The notes beneath the pieces were generated by a model. It did not search any database. It saw only the letters and a program-made list of their open reading frames with translations, and was not told where the DNA came from. A DNA stretch of 64,000 bases, from positions 12,684,644-12,748,643 of the forward strand of contig CM120643.1 of assembly GCA_051362555.1 (NCBI GenBank), given 5' to 3'. A program made the translations under genes and the position numbers. Below, one piece after another: positions 37,723-50,932 of the stretch; within the stretch, counting starts at the first letter, position 1; every line of letters begins with the position of its first letter. The DNA comes from Lingula anatina. Taxonomy: Eukaryota; Animalia; Brachiopoda.

Positions 37723-39284
37723 TTAACTGCAAAAGTGATAATGTCTACTTTAGTCCTCTATTTCTTTTATTACAATTATTAATACCTATCCTGAAAAGGT
37801 ACCCACTTTCACTACATTGTTTATTCCATATCTCTTGAAAGAGATTTTGCAACAAACTGCTTAATTTTAAGAAACCCTCCCCAAATATTAGACTATTGAA
37901 ATCTCCTGTTAAGAAATTAAATTTCCAAGGTTGGGGTAAGGAACTCGAGATGACTACCATCTAGTTGCCAAAAATATTCACAACCTCGGATGCATGCCTA
38001 AACATATGGGCCAAAGAAAAAATTAAAAGAAAAATGTATACAGTAGACTTTGCATGTTACGACTGTGTATAAGTTGTACGCTTGTCTAAAATGTTCTGAA
38101 CCTGAAAGTACTGGCCTGTCTAACAACAAAGAACAAAATATGTGTATTAGAGACAAAAATAGTGGGTTTCAGTTAGTACCACATGCGCAAGGAATCTGTG
38201 AGCTAAAATGAATGACAGGATTCAAAATGTATTTTTTCAACAGTACCGCATTTATTTACATTATTTACAATCACCTATGTACACATCTATGCAGAATGAA
38301 GCACATCTAACCCCCTTGCCTTGCATTTTTTGCACCGAATATGATTTAATAAGAAAAATCTTCCTCGCTGTAAAAGAACAGTAATTCACTTTTCTTCCCC
38401 AACATTATATGATAACTTCCACAAATATGCCCCTTGAACCCTCTGTTAATCTATAAATAGTTACATATCTCTCTTTTTGAAAAAATACTCTTGGATTCTG
38501 CCTATATGAAAGGCTAGGAAAGTACCCCAATAGTATTAATATAGGCTAGAAAATTGTGAATTGGAAAATGCCACAAAAGTGCTGTGATACCAGGGTTCAA
38601 TGATCATTCAGTTGGTACTGATGGACCCCAGTACCAGACAAACAAAATTTCTGAAGCTCTGCAAACTGCCATGTGACTATTGTACTGTCCTCATAATTGA
38701 TTATTGCTGTTTTCTTACATGAACCTTAGATTTGGGAACACAAATGCACAAATTAACGACTCCAGCCACAAATTAACCACCCCAAGGTAGAATTATTAGC
38801 CACAAGCTTAGCGTTTCATTACTCAAACATATACTCAGTATACATAGGCCCCCTATGGGTTCTTTTTATATGGCAGCAATGCATTCTTGACTATACAGGC
38901 TCATACAGACATAAAGGGATAAACGGTTTGTGTACTGAAACAATGTGCTTTTGACAAGTAATTTTACATTGGGACAGTTAATTCGTGGCTGGGCTGCAGT
39001 CTTTAATTTGGGCATTTGTCCTTTCAAATCGGAGACTTGAGTTAGAAAATGACTGATCTGTTTATAAGGCCCGAGGAAACACCTACACTGACTTGGGATG
39101 TGAGGTGTCCAAAACCTGACTGGGATAATAGACATTAACTGGGCTGTTACAGTTCAATGACACCCTAATCCATAAAGTGATGGATAATACTGATCACAGA
39201 ACAGAATTTTGTTAAATCGGCATAGGATACTTAGTGAATCAAGACACTGATATGTGGAACTGTAGTGATATTCCCTGATGACTG

Positions 39285-42200
39285 CTATAACTTGAGCCTC
39301 TTGATGTCATCTCCTCTGAAGTCAACCCTGTAAAATTGCAAGTCATCAAGGTTTTAGAATACAAATTTGCACTGTTAATGTGAATGTTCATGTTTAATTT
39401 ACTTAACATTTTAAATTTACCCTTGGGGAAATGTGCAAGATGAACTAATACTTAAAGAATGCATCTCGATGTTTACCTTAGGGTCAAGACCTGCCTGACC
39501 TCGGTGGGGGTCAACCTCCACGTTAGAGGACCCGAGTTAGGACCCCAGTAGTCCAGAATTTCATTTACCTGAAATACACAGAATGGTTAACAGCACCCTA
39601 AAAATATTTAATGAGTAATTTCATACTCTTAAAGATTGTATTCCGTGAATTTCATACTCTGTCAAAAGCTAAAACAATGAAAGGATTTTCTGAAAGCTGC
39701 CAAATGGAACAACACCAAGTTAACTCTATAGTCAATTCTCTACTACATCCCAGCCATGCTATTATTTTACTTGATTACTTGTTCTGAACTATGCCCCAGC
39801 TACCAACCTTCTCAAGGTTGAGTATTGTGGCCATCTGGGTGAGTCGCGCAAACTTGTCTCGTATCGTCCATGTCGTCACTGAGGTGAGGTAGCCTACTAA
39901 GGCACGGAGCTCCTTGTCAAACTGCAAACCTCCCAACTGAAAGAAAAATGTTAACGTGGTTATAAGTATTTTGATGTATGTACTAACTATGCATGTCAAT
40001 ATTGGGATGTATTGCATATTTCCTGAATAGAATAGCAGTCTCTTAGAGCCCAGAAAAAAAAACTGAAAAATAGAAAATTTGTATCAAAAGTACCAGATTA
40101 TCTTTTCAGTTTTTTTCTCATACAAACATAACTTTCTGACAATTTTAATCTTACTTAAGATGTTACTATTTGCACCAATGGAGTCTGTTCCTCCCATTCC
40201 AATTGTAAAAAGCAATACGAGAGAAATGGGAAATCACCATTAGGACAAAGGAATTGAATAAAAATTTTTCCATGTTATCATAATAAAAAATGCAGAAGAA
40301 ATTTAGCTGCTACCAATGAGGAAAAAATAAGCATTGTTCGAAAAACATGAATAAATGGAAATTTTCTTACCCTATTGAAAGACATTTTTAGCACTGCCTT
40401 TTCTAGTTGTATGGTGACCTCAGTGGTTACATGACTCACAAATGTATCATTATTGCCTGTTGTCAGCGAAGTCTGGAAAGAAACAAATTCAAAAATAGGA
40501 TTTTACAAAAAACTGTTACAAGGGGCATAACCAAATCAGATATTTCAAAAAAAAATCAATTCCTAGTAATTTTACTGACTTATCTCGCATAAGGTTGCAA
40601 CAGCAAAATTGCCACAAGTCTTCATAGTGAGGGCAAATAAATGGCTTTAATGATTAATAATTTTAAATTTGATAAATATTACAAAATACAGGCCCCCTGT
40701 CACCTTAAATGTGTTGAGAAGATTATCTAGCTGTACAATGAAGGCCTGGACCCAGGGGTCATTGGCTTCATAGTTAGTAAACTCCTCCTGAAATGGAACA
40801 GGAATTCAATCAATTTTCATTCCCTATAATGCCATAGAAATCAAAATCTATCATTCCAAATAAATACAATAAAATAAATAAAAACTGTATTTATAAAGTA
40901 CATAATACATTTGCTGGTAAATACACACACACACACACACACAAAAAAAAAAAAAAATTAATCAGTTTCATTACCTACCCTGCCAAAGAAATCAAAATTT
41001 ATCATTCCAAATAAAATAGACTGGATTTATAATGTACATTTGTAAGTAAGTAAGTAATAATAAGTAAGTAAGAAAGTAATAATAATAGCATTTCTTCTAA
41101 GAATCTCTTTTATCCACTTACATCATCAATTAAGTGGCTAGTGGCAGAGAAAGTGTCCACCCAGGGCTTGATACGAGGTTTAATGGCAGTGCTGTATAGC
41201 TGGGTAAAGCCAAATTCTCGCACCTCTCGGAATTTATTAGACACTGACGCCAGCTCTGACAGACAACTCTGAAATATCAATGAAAAAAGAATGCTAAAGT
41301 CTTCTCATATTTAATTTGTAAATGAGTGTCTAGTGTTCAAATAATGATTATATTGTAATTACATTTAATCAATAAAAGCCCACACAAAATTTTGAAGAAA
41401 TCAAACTGTTTAGCAAAACATGAAAAGTTACAAAATCCCAAATGCACCTACAAAACAGGCAGAGGATGGGACAAACTTAGTTGGTAAATCAATTTATTTT
41501 CCTTTTAAATCAAATTCTGTTTTAAAATCCTGTTTGACAAGCAGAAAAGTATATAAATAAACAAAGAAAAGTCATCCAAGAACCACACCAGTGGCTTCAT
41601 ACCTCCAGTTTTTCTTGACTGTGCTGATGTACATGGCCAAATACTTTGGTGATTTCCGCCTGATAAAATTGAGTATTGGAAAATAAATTCGTTAAATAAC
41701 AATGTAAATTTTTTTCTAATTAATCTAAATATCACTAAATGATTTCCTTCTAACAGCAAAATGATAACTCAGTCCCAAGACTGACAAAATACTTGATAAG
41801 AGAATTGAATTTTGTCAGAAATTTACAGAATTAATATTAATGCATTAAAATAAACAAACCTGCAGGTTTTTCTTTAATGTCTGTATATAATCACTGCTTA
41901 CTTCTGTGTCATTTAACATGCACTGGAAAAAAAATCAGTCACACAATTAGCTAGATTGTTTACCGCATTCTTTTTTAAATCATCCAAGCAGAATAAATCT
42001 TATGAACAATTTTTTTTCATTTGTGCTTTTTTTCCATTGGCATAAATTTAACATCAAGCTTAATTTCATTTCACAGAAATAATCTCTAGAGCATAATCTC
42101 TAGAGCAAGTTCTATACACCATGGAGCTTTAGAAATCCCACTCACCAGAAAGTTCGCCTTAGCTTTTTCTGTATCAGAGCTCTGTAGTTTTCCCTGCTGT

Positions 42201-45200
42201 ATACTAGACTGCACTAAGTTATAGGCCTGAGTGAGATCAAACCCAGATGGGAAACCAAGCTTTAGACGGCTGTGTAGCTCCTCTTTGAAGTCCTGTTCCA
42301 ACATTGTGCAAGCATTATTCAGCATGGCACACACGCCATCAACACTACAGCTAGACATCGCACGCCTGAAATGAAATGTTGGATTTAAATAGTGGAAATG
42401 GATTCGAGGGAGTAAATAAACACGAGTTCAAAAGTCAAACTGTCTTAAATAAATTGCTATCAGAATATTTTTATAAAAAAAAAGAATTTACATATTAAGG
42501 AACAGTTCCTCACTTTTAAATATTTATAATCATCATAATTATTTTCTATTTCTCATTCTACTACTGCTGAAAAGCACTGAATGAAATGATAAAATGTGCA
42601 CTTGAAATAAATGAGTCATTTTTTTCATAATGGATATTCAATGTAAAATAAGACATTTAACATTTTTACATTTTATAAGTTAATTACTAACTTATTTAAT
42701 TGGTTAATTAATTAATTGATTGATTTATTAATAAATTAATAAGTAAATAAGTTTATTTTGTAGAGAACTATATCCTAACAATCTTGGACTTAAATTGTCA
42801 GCGTGCTATCATACACCAGTTCTGGTTGATATCAGCAATAAAAAAAATCAATTAAATATGCCTATTTCAGGTATCTTAACTATTATTTTAATAAAACAGA
42901 GAATTTATAAAATGAATTTATCAAAAATATCTCAGAACTTTATTTATAACTTGTGGCAATCGTTATCTAAGAATCATTCTTTACATATATTTTTAAGCAT
43001 TACAAAGTCATAATGTATTCTTTCATTACACCCCATTTTGGTTGCATTTCTTTATATGCAAGTTATATATAAGTACAGACAAACACTTAAATCACAGGTG
43101 GGTCAGGTGAAAATGCTTGCTTTAGGGGTGTACCAAGCACCCTTGGGAAGGTCTGAGACTTAAGTCATCAACCCTCTAGCAGGGGGTCATCTTAATAGAT
43201 GAGTGGACCCACTAGAAACAGGCCGGACAAGGCACCCTGGCATGAGATTCTATACCACCCAGTTGTGGGCAGTTGATGCTATGTGCTTGTGTCCTGGTTG
43301 GAACGGTCCATGACTGGCATGATAAGTGCAATATGCAAGGTGATGCACTGCATCATAACCCAATTCAGACTACTCTCTCTCCTGGCCTCCTTCCTTTTGT
43401 AAGTATTGTTACTAGCATTTCAGTGTGAATATTTATTGGGTAAGCAATTCATATTATGGAAACCAGATGAAATGCAGCATTGATTTATTTTGATTTTCAT
43501 ATTTTCTGAACCTTACTTGTGGAAAAAAATAATAATAAATAAATAAAAAAAAGACCACAGAATGACACTATATGGTGTACTCTAAAATGGTAAGTTATAA
43601 AATTACTGTACTTTTCAGGATTATTTTTGGGACATGGAGATATGACTGGTTAGTTAAATACAGAATATCATTCTCCTCACCTGACACATTTCTTGACTAT
43701 GAAAAATGCATCGTCCACCATACTAGAAGTCATAGCACCATCTTCATAAGTGTCCATTTTCACAGCCTGAAATGGTCATTTAAAATGTCAGAACACAGAA
43801 AATGAGAAAAGATATATGATCGCCTACAGTAAGGAAAATTAATTCAAGCAACCAATACAAGCAAATATTGCTCTTTAAGTGAAGAAAAATTATCAAAAAA
43901 AAAAGTATCAAAAAGAGCATCAATATTCACATTGAGACTCTAGGTCTGAGACTTGAGTTATCAACCCTCTAGCAAGGATCATCCTTACAGATGCATGGAC
44001 TCGCTAAAATGCTACCAGCAAATGATGCTGATGATGACAATAACATAATACCATAGTGATTCACCAGAGGAAATAAATAAGAAAAAAATATTGACCATCC
44101 AGCAAGTGGCTGTGGATTGAACCCTAACTGACCACACTGTCCCTTACCTTGACCACCATCTCCTTCATAAAGTACTCCTCCATCATGATATAACTCCCCA
44201 CCAGTTCCTGCATCAGCCGACTCAGATCACAATCACTGAGAAACTTATCCACCTCCGCAACTTTCTCTACAATGAGATTGAATTTATATAACTACTGTGG
44301 CAGTGACTATAATGTCAAGGTCATTCCTTTTCAGAATAGTGCTTGTGATTTTGATGACTTATGTTCATCATTTTTTGAATGTTGGTGAATTAGTTTTTTT
44401 TCAGTTTGAAATAGCTTCTCCAATCTCCACTCTTAAGACAATTATTAAAACACTCCATCCAGGTAGATTTAGATATCTATAACTTACCTGTCCTGTCTTC
44501 CTCTTGACTCACTTCTACATCAGCCTGGAAAATAACATAGAAACTTTTGAATACAAATGGGAAAAATACATTGTTTGAACAAGACAAGCAATTCAAAACG
44601 CTACACATGTAAAATGTAAAATAAAAGGTAAACAATGAATATGTCAAAATATGCTAGTTTTAAAGCAAATTCATACAATTTTTTCAGTGTCTAAAAATAC
44701 TGTATAAAAGACTTTTTATAGTATAAATTAAATAGCACAATCTAATCTTGGTGTTGGCATTGGAATGCTTCCTTCCCTGAAAAGCAAATGCGACTCCCAT
44801 TTTCACCAGGACCATTGTCCAAATACTAACCACAACTTGCAACATAAGAAAGTTTGAGAAGGTAAAAGTCTCAATCTGGGAGATCATGCTTAATAAATTT
44901 TAGTGAGACCCCACTGTCTGAACACTGACCACATCATAAGGAAGTTTGAGAAGGTAAACTGAATAAAAACATCAAAGTGAGTGATTGATGTCAGAATACT
45001 GACCACGACTCTCCTTCTAGCAAAGCGCAAGTACAGCTCGGCCCTGGCATTCATGAGGGTCAGCTCTGCTAGAAGGACGTCCAACTCTTTTGGGTCAATT
45101 CTGAAAGTAAAATAAGGAAGCTTCAGAAGATAAAATTTGCAACAAGTAAGATAATGTTGTAAACAATGTCTTAATAAAACCAAGTAGTAGCTATTATAAG

Positions 45201-47632
45201 CAACAGATTTGAATGATGCAAAAAAAAAGTGCTTATTAACAGCAATTCCTATTGTTTGATGACAATACGTTAAGTTATTTTAAGAACAATTTTAAGAACA
45301 ATTCAAATGATGCCATTATGCCAATGTAGTAAACAAGTCCAGTTTTGTAAAATACAAAGGGGAGGCACTCACTTTTCTGCTGCTGTTGCTCGGGGCATGG
45401 AACTCTGTCGAACTTTTTGTACCTGGAATTTAAGATTTTAAAGAGTAAGAAGCAGACTGAGGCCGTCTTCTGTGTCTTTAAGTGTACATTGACAGGTATA
45501 TATTTTTTCTGTCGGAAGAAGGTCAAAAATGGAGGATGGATCAACAAAGATAATTTGGAGGGTCTCAGGAAAATATCTCTGGATCCTCCCGTGAGAATTG
45601 TGATTGAAAAATGTATTACTTAAGTAACAACATATTAATTCCATTCATGTTTATAAAAACATTGAGAAAATCTTTAAAATCAAAGAAAATAGTTAATGGA
45701 ATAACTATACATATTACACATTCTCCATTTTGACAAACCTTTCGGGTAAAATCACGACTTTCCTTGAATTTTTCAACAATTTTTCTTGTCTGCCTGTCAC
45801 ATTCTTTTTGCAGAGCAGCCATGAAGGGGAACATCTTTCCAGGACCTAAAACAAGACAAAGAATTGTTGACTATTAGATACTGAATGTGAAGTAAAACAA
45901 ATTATCTTCAGTGTGACTAAATATACGTAACACTACTATTATAACCTTTGATGATCTTTTAAAAACCTACCATAATATGTCTCCACTAAGGGCTGGTGGA
46001 TTTCCACCACCCTGGCAATACCCTCAAATAGCAATGTGATTGTATCAGCAAAGATCACAGTTGAACGCTTGTCACTGGATTTCACACTTAAAGCTTGATT
46101 AAGATTGGTCTCAGCTGTCTCAGATATCTGAAAGTACCAGTTTTAATCTGTTAATTAATAATAATAATAATAAATAAAATAATACTACTATTGCACAAAA
46201 CTCAAAGAAATATAACTGTGTCATAACTCTGATGGTACAATCTGATGTACTGGGAAAAAATCTAAATGCAAAAAAAGATTTTAGTTTCTCCTTTATCGAA
46301 AAATAATTTCCCATTTATCAACAGGTCAAATATATAGTTTTTTACTTAGATACAGTTCATTCCCTTCAGTATGCTCGCCTCTTTATTTTGATAATAACAA
46401 GCAAAACTAACATCAGAAACATAATAAAAAGTTCTTAAAGGGGAAAATAAATCAGAAAAAAAGCAATACCTGGGCTGACAAGTATTTGGAAAATTTGGTG
46501 AGCCCTTCATCATGAAGATTAATAAGAGGGAATATTTTGAAGAATCTCTCCACAGACGCTACATCTTTGGAATGCACAGCCGCGTCAAAGTTTTTGTGAA
46601 CTATTTTCTTGAGCTTGGACTCGGCTTCATGTAATAACTGGAAGGATGTATCTAGTGTGCTGCCTGGAATGAAACAAAGTCAATTTAACATCAAGAAAAA
46701 GCAACATGATCTATATGTTATAATATGTCACAATAAGGATTTCATAATCACAGTAAACCAAAATATTATGGAAGAAAAAGCACTGTAACCCATTTCTGAA
46801 GATGATAACAGAAATGTTTACCTCAGAGAGTTGAAGTAGAGAATTACTTTCAAACAGTCACACTCACACACAAACATTCAGCACACAATATCTTATTTCC
46901 TATATCTTGAATGTTATCCCAGTTGTAGCACCGTTATATATAGTGGACAGCCAGAACACTATTTATAGTCTCTCACCTTCATTTGATCCTTCTGTCATCC
47001 TAAGGACATTTTCATCCAGACTCAGGAACCTATGGATGTGAGCTGCTGCCTACAATAAAAATATTCTTTCATCCATAACTATACTAAATATCAGTGTTGC
47101 GAAATTTTCCTTTTTATACAAAGTTCTGTTCTACTTTCTTTTGATCATGAGCAATAACACTCTTTCTTTTCTTAAAAAAGGACATAATATAACTACATGC
47201 ATTAGTTGTCAGAAATGCATTGAAAATTTGCAACTTGGGTCCTTGCTTCTCATTACATTTCCACTACATGTACCTTCCAAACATCTTAATGTGCTTAATG
47301 ATCTTGGTAAATACTATTTTGATATGTCTTAGCTGTTAGAGATACAGACTACAAATACATTACTTGTACCTTCTACATGTGCTTTATGATTTTGTGAGGA
47401 GAACAGCTAAAGATGAAACCCTACCCTGTTTTACTAACCTGTTCATAATCTTCATTCTGAAGTGCTGTCTGAACACCATCAGTGCAGAATTTAAGATCCA
47501 GCACATCTTCAACTCTCTGCATACAGGCCGTGACATGACTCTGGAGTTCAAAAGCACTGACACATGATTTAATGTATGTTTATTCATCAAGAAGGGCTTT
47601 TTAAACTCAAATTCTCACTCCTCCTCCTCCTC

Positions 47633-47692
<60 letters not shown>

Positions 47693-49310
47693 CTGCTTCA
47701 CTTTCACATATAACATTCTTTAGTTGCTTAAAAATTCGAACCCCTCACTTTTTCTAAAATTTTATTTTTCTAGTTTTTTTTTTCAGACACTCTTAACAAT
47801 AATTAATTTGGAACAAAACTAAATGTTGCAAGACTTATTATCAATACTTGAAGTATTACTAGCACAACACATTTGGGTGGAAAGGGGGGAGGGGGTATTA
47901 ATTCATGACGTTTGATTTATTGTGTGCTGTTGAAATGTTTGAGTGATTACTGTACATGCTTGTATACTTACCTTTGCCAGACCTAGCTGCCGTACCCAGA
48001 TCTAGCTGCCGTACCTTTCCTTTAATTTACTTCTAATTAAAAGTATGTTCTGCAGATTTCTTTTATTAATTTGTGCTGTTTGTTTATCTAGCTGCCGATC
48101 ATTTATGCAGGTTTTTTAAAATTCATTTATGCTGTTTGATTTATTGAGTGATTAACATTTATGCCTACCTCAGCCAGATATAGATGCCATACGTTTATGC
48201 TGGTATTTTTCTATTAGTTTATGCTGTTTGATTTATTGAGTGATTTTTGTACATGCCTACCTTGGCCAGATCTAGCTGCCGTACTTTTCCACTGACATTT
48301 TCCGCCAGTGTCGAGGTGAAGGAAACCATGCTGGATAACTGACGAGAGTCTGTATGTAATAACTGCAGATTGGGACTGAAAAAAACATCATAAGGCAATC
48401 ACAATTCAATGCAATTTTTTTAATGTTTTTTTTTCTCATTATGTAGATTACTTCTACAGCTATTTAGTTATAATGTTTTTTTAAAATTTTATTCCTTATT
48501 TATTTATACAGGTATATTTTAGACTATGTGGTCTGTGCATGTGCATACAATTGCACATCAACAGAATTTATTTAGAAAGTGGTCTTAATGCATGGACTGG
48601 GAATGATCCAAATCATTACATACAGCATTTTGTGTAAACTAAGCATCTTTGTTTCAATTGCTGTCTGGTGCTCCTGAAGATCTTCCAGTTCTTGGTTTAA
48701 AGATTCCTAGAATAAAATGTTTATGTCTCATTAATTGTAATGTATTTTGAAAATCTTTAAGCCTAAGTACCCAAAACAACCTCTTCCATCACACTTTTAA
48801 ATGAATGATTGATGTTGTTAGACAAAAGAATAAACAGTTTTCTTGAATGATGCCACATGACAAGAAAATTCCCCCTCTCTCCTCTCCGCCCCCCCCCCCC
48901 CACCCCCACCCCCACCCCTAACTCCGATAGTTTCCATGTACATCCAAAAGACAGACAAGTTTTTACAAAAGTAAATGCAGGTAATAATCAAACGAGACAT
49001 CGTCTTAAATTAACATGATTCGTTAAACAAATGGCACTTCCTCGTCACACAAAAGACATTGATAATTAAAAAGCAGTACTAGTAGAGAAGAGAGATGTAC
49101 GGGCAAATGAAACTGCCGGTCCAACATTTAACTCTACTTACTAAGAAAAACTAAGGAAAATGACAGTAAAAATTGTTTATTTCATTTCTCTATTACCTCC
49201 TCTGAACATAGCTGTGCAAATGCCTTTTGCATATCTTCTATATTCGTCAAATTATGCACATTTTGGAGCTGCATAGTGGACGTGGCACCCAGCCCGCCGG
49301 GCGCTGCCAT
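39285..49310 (-). CDS. COG4: Conserved oligomeric Golgi complex subunit 4
   Basis: 22 exons: 49310-49197, 48706-48624, 48375-48261, 47540-47439, 47049-46977, 46663-46470, 46127-45971, 45845-45739, 45422-45373, 45100-45004, 44524-44488, 44266-44148, 43766-43681, 42365-42146, 41922-41860, 41659-41603, 41268-41122, 40787-40704, 40472-40371, 39936-39808, 39568-39477, 39327-39285. Motifs: [71 protein letters not shown]. Confidence 0.97.
43095..43390. repeat. GC-rich interspersed repeat fragment; partial second copy at 43942-44010
   Basis: Block AGGTCTGAGACTT.AGT.ATCAACCCTCTAGCA.GG..CATC shared between two neighbouring COG4 introns. Confidence 0.55.
47618..47690. repeat. (CTC)n/(CT)n microsatellite
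   Basis: Direct reading. Confidence 0.95.
47910..48290. repeat. Degenerate tandem duplications of the COG4 exon 3 end and its donor
   Basis: CCAGATCTAGCTGCCGTAC variants recur at ~47977, 47996, 48174 and 48267, with shared GCTGTTTGATTTATTGAGTGATT blocks. Confidence 0.8.
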
Positions 49311-49375
49311 GTTCGTTATTGCATTGTGGGGTTGCTTCCTGTTTGGACGCCATCTTGGATTAAAACGTCGCTGGT
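49311..49375. promoter_or_regulatory. Bidirectional COG4/SF3B3 promoter and SF3B3 non-coding first exon (donor CTG|gtgagt, GT at 49374)
   Basis: CpG-rich. ZNF143/SBS-like GCATTGTGGG 49321-49330, ETS/TCT-like CTTCCTG 49335-49341, YY1 GCCATCTTGG 49349-49358. Acceptor at 49921 precedes the SF3B3 ATG. Confidence 0.75.
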
Positions 49376-49934
49376 GAGTTTGATAATAATCGGTTAAAAT
49401 CTGATTATCAGAAACGCATCTTCTATATATTGCGACATAGGTTGATTAAGGCAACATTAATGATAATAATTAGAATGTATCAAGATCTTTCAAGGGGTAC
49501 TTTCTGCACAGTATTGCCATCAACTTCGTGATGGTCCTTGGCGGGCACCTGCACACTATTGTTTACTAGGTTGCATGCCCATCTAATCCAACAGAGGGCG
49601 TTAAATGAAAATGATATAATATTTAAAATGCAGGGTCACTGAAGTTTTATATTTTTCTGTTGTTTCGTACCCTGTGATTAATTTGCAATTTGCGATGATT
49701 CGTTATTTCTTTTACTGGCTTCAACCGGCTTCACATTATTATGTTGACAAATCCTGCATTGTACTCTTTACTTGTAAAGTTGGATTCATGGTCCATCAAA
49801 TCTTAGTGACATTCATTAATTGGTTCAGAAATTTTGAAATCTAGATTGATGAATTTTTTAGTGCAATGTCCCGCAATTCAGCAATTAAAAAATTTACGAT
49901 TTAAAATCTCTTTTCTTACAGAAAATTATCCAAG

Positions 49935-50888
49935 ATGTATCTGTACAATTTGACCCTGCAGCATTCGACTGGCATCACACATGCTGTGCATGGCAACTTC
50001 TCAGGGACCAAGCAGCAGGAGCTGATTGTGTCAAGGGGGAAGATTCTAGAGTTACTGAGGCCAGACCCTAACACTGGCAAAGTGTACACCTCCCTGTCTG
50101 TGGAGATATTTGGAGTGATCAGATCACTGATGCCTTTTAGGTTGACTGGAGGATCAAAAGGTGAGAGAAGAGCGGGGGTTGTTTTTTATATGAATTGAGA
50201 AACAATGGGCTGATTCATTGAGATGTAGTCCAGGCAAGCAGAACATGGCACATTGTTCTGGTTTTACCCATCTTCAAAACGATCAGATTATTCCCCTCCA
50301 ATGGTCATAATTACTGCATAATTACTGCTCACAAATGCTCTTTCAGATTATTGATAATCTTTTATCAGGGATGTGATTTTTCAGTTTCTTTTTCTGATTG
50401 CAGGTTTTTAAACTTTGTTTTTTAACTTTTTTTTTTACTTTTCTGGGATAATTGCACGACATTGTCAATTTTCATGCCCCCTACACACACACACACACAC
50501 ATCCCTGTTTTATTGAAAATACATGCATACATTCAGATAAACAAATGTTTCCTGTTTTGCCATAATCCTGGTTTTAAAAGAAATATCTGATGCCTGTTAC
50601 AGATTACATAATCGTTGGCTCTGACTCTGGCAGGATCTGTATCATGGAGTACAATGCAGCCAAGAACACATTTGAGAGAATCCACATGGAGACATTTGGC
50701 AAGTCTGGCTGCAGGAGGATAGTGCCTGGGCAGTACATGGCAGTGGACCCCAAGGGCAGGGCTGTGATGATTGGTGAGTGGCAGAGAAGGGAAAAATACA
50801 GGATTTAGCTTAATACCCACGTTATCCTTGGTAACTGTTCTGATGCCTTTTTGCATAGAACTTAAGTCAAACAGATACAGATATGCCC

Positions 50889-50932
<44 letters not shown>

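Noticed and set aside
42458-42540. Minus-strand ATGATGA...CTGA pair in a COG4 intron (possible C/D snoRNA)
   Set aside because: No good terminal stem, very AT-rich, no rRNA-complementary guide recognised.
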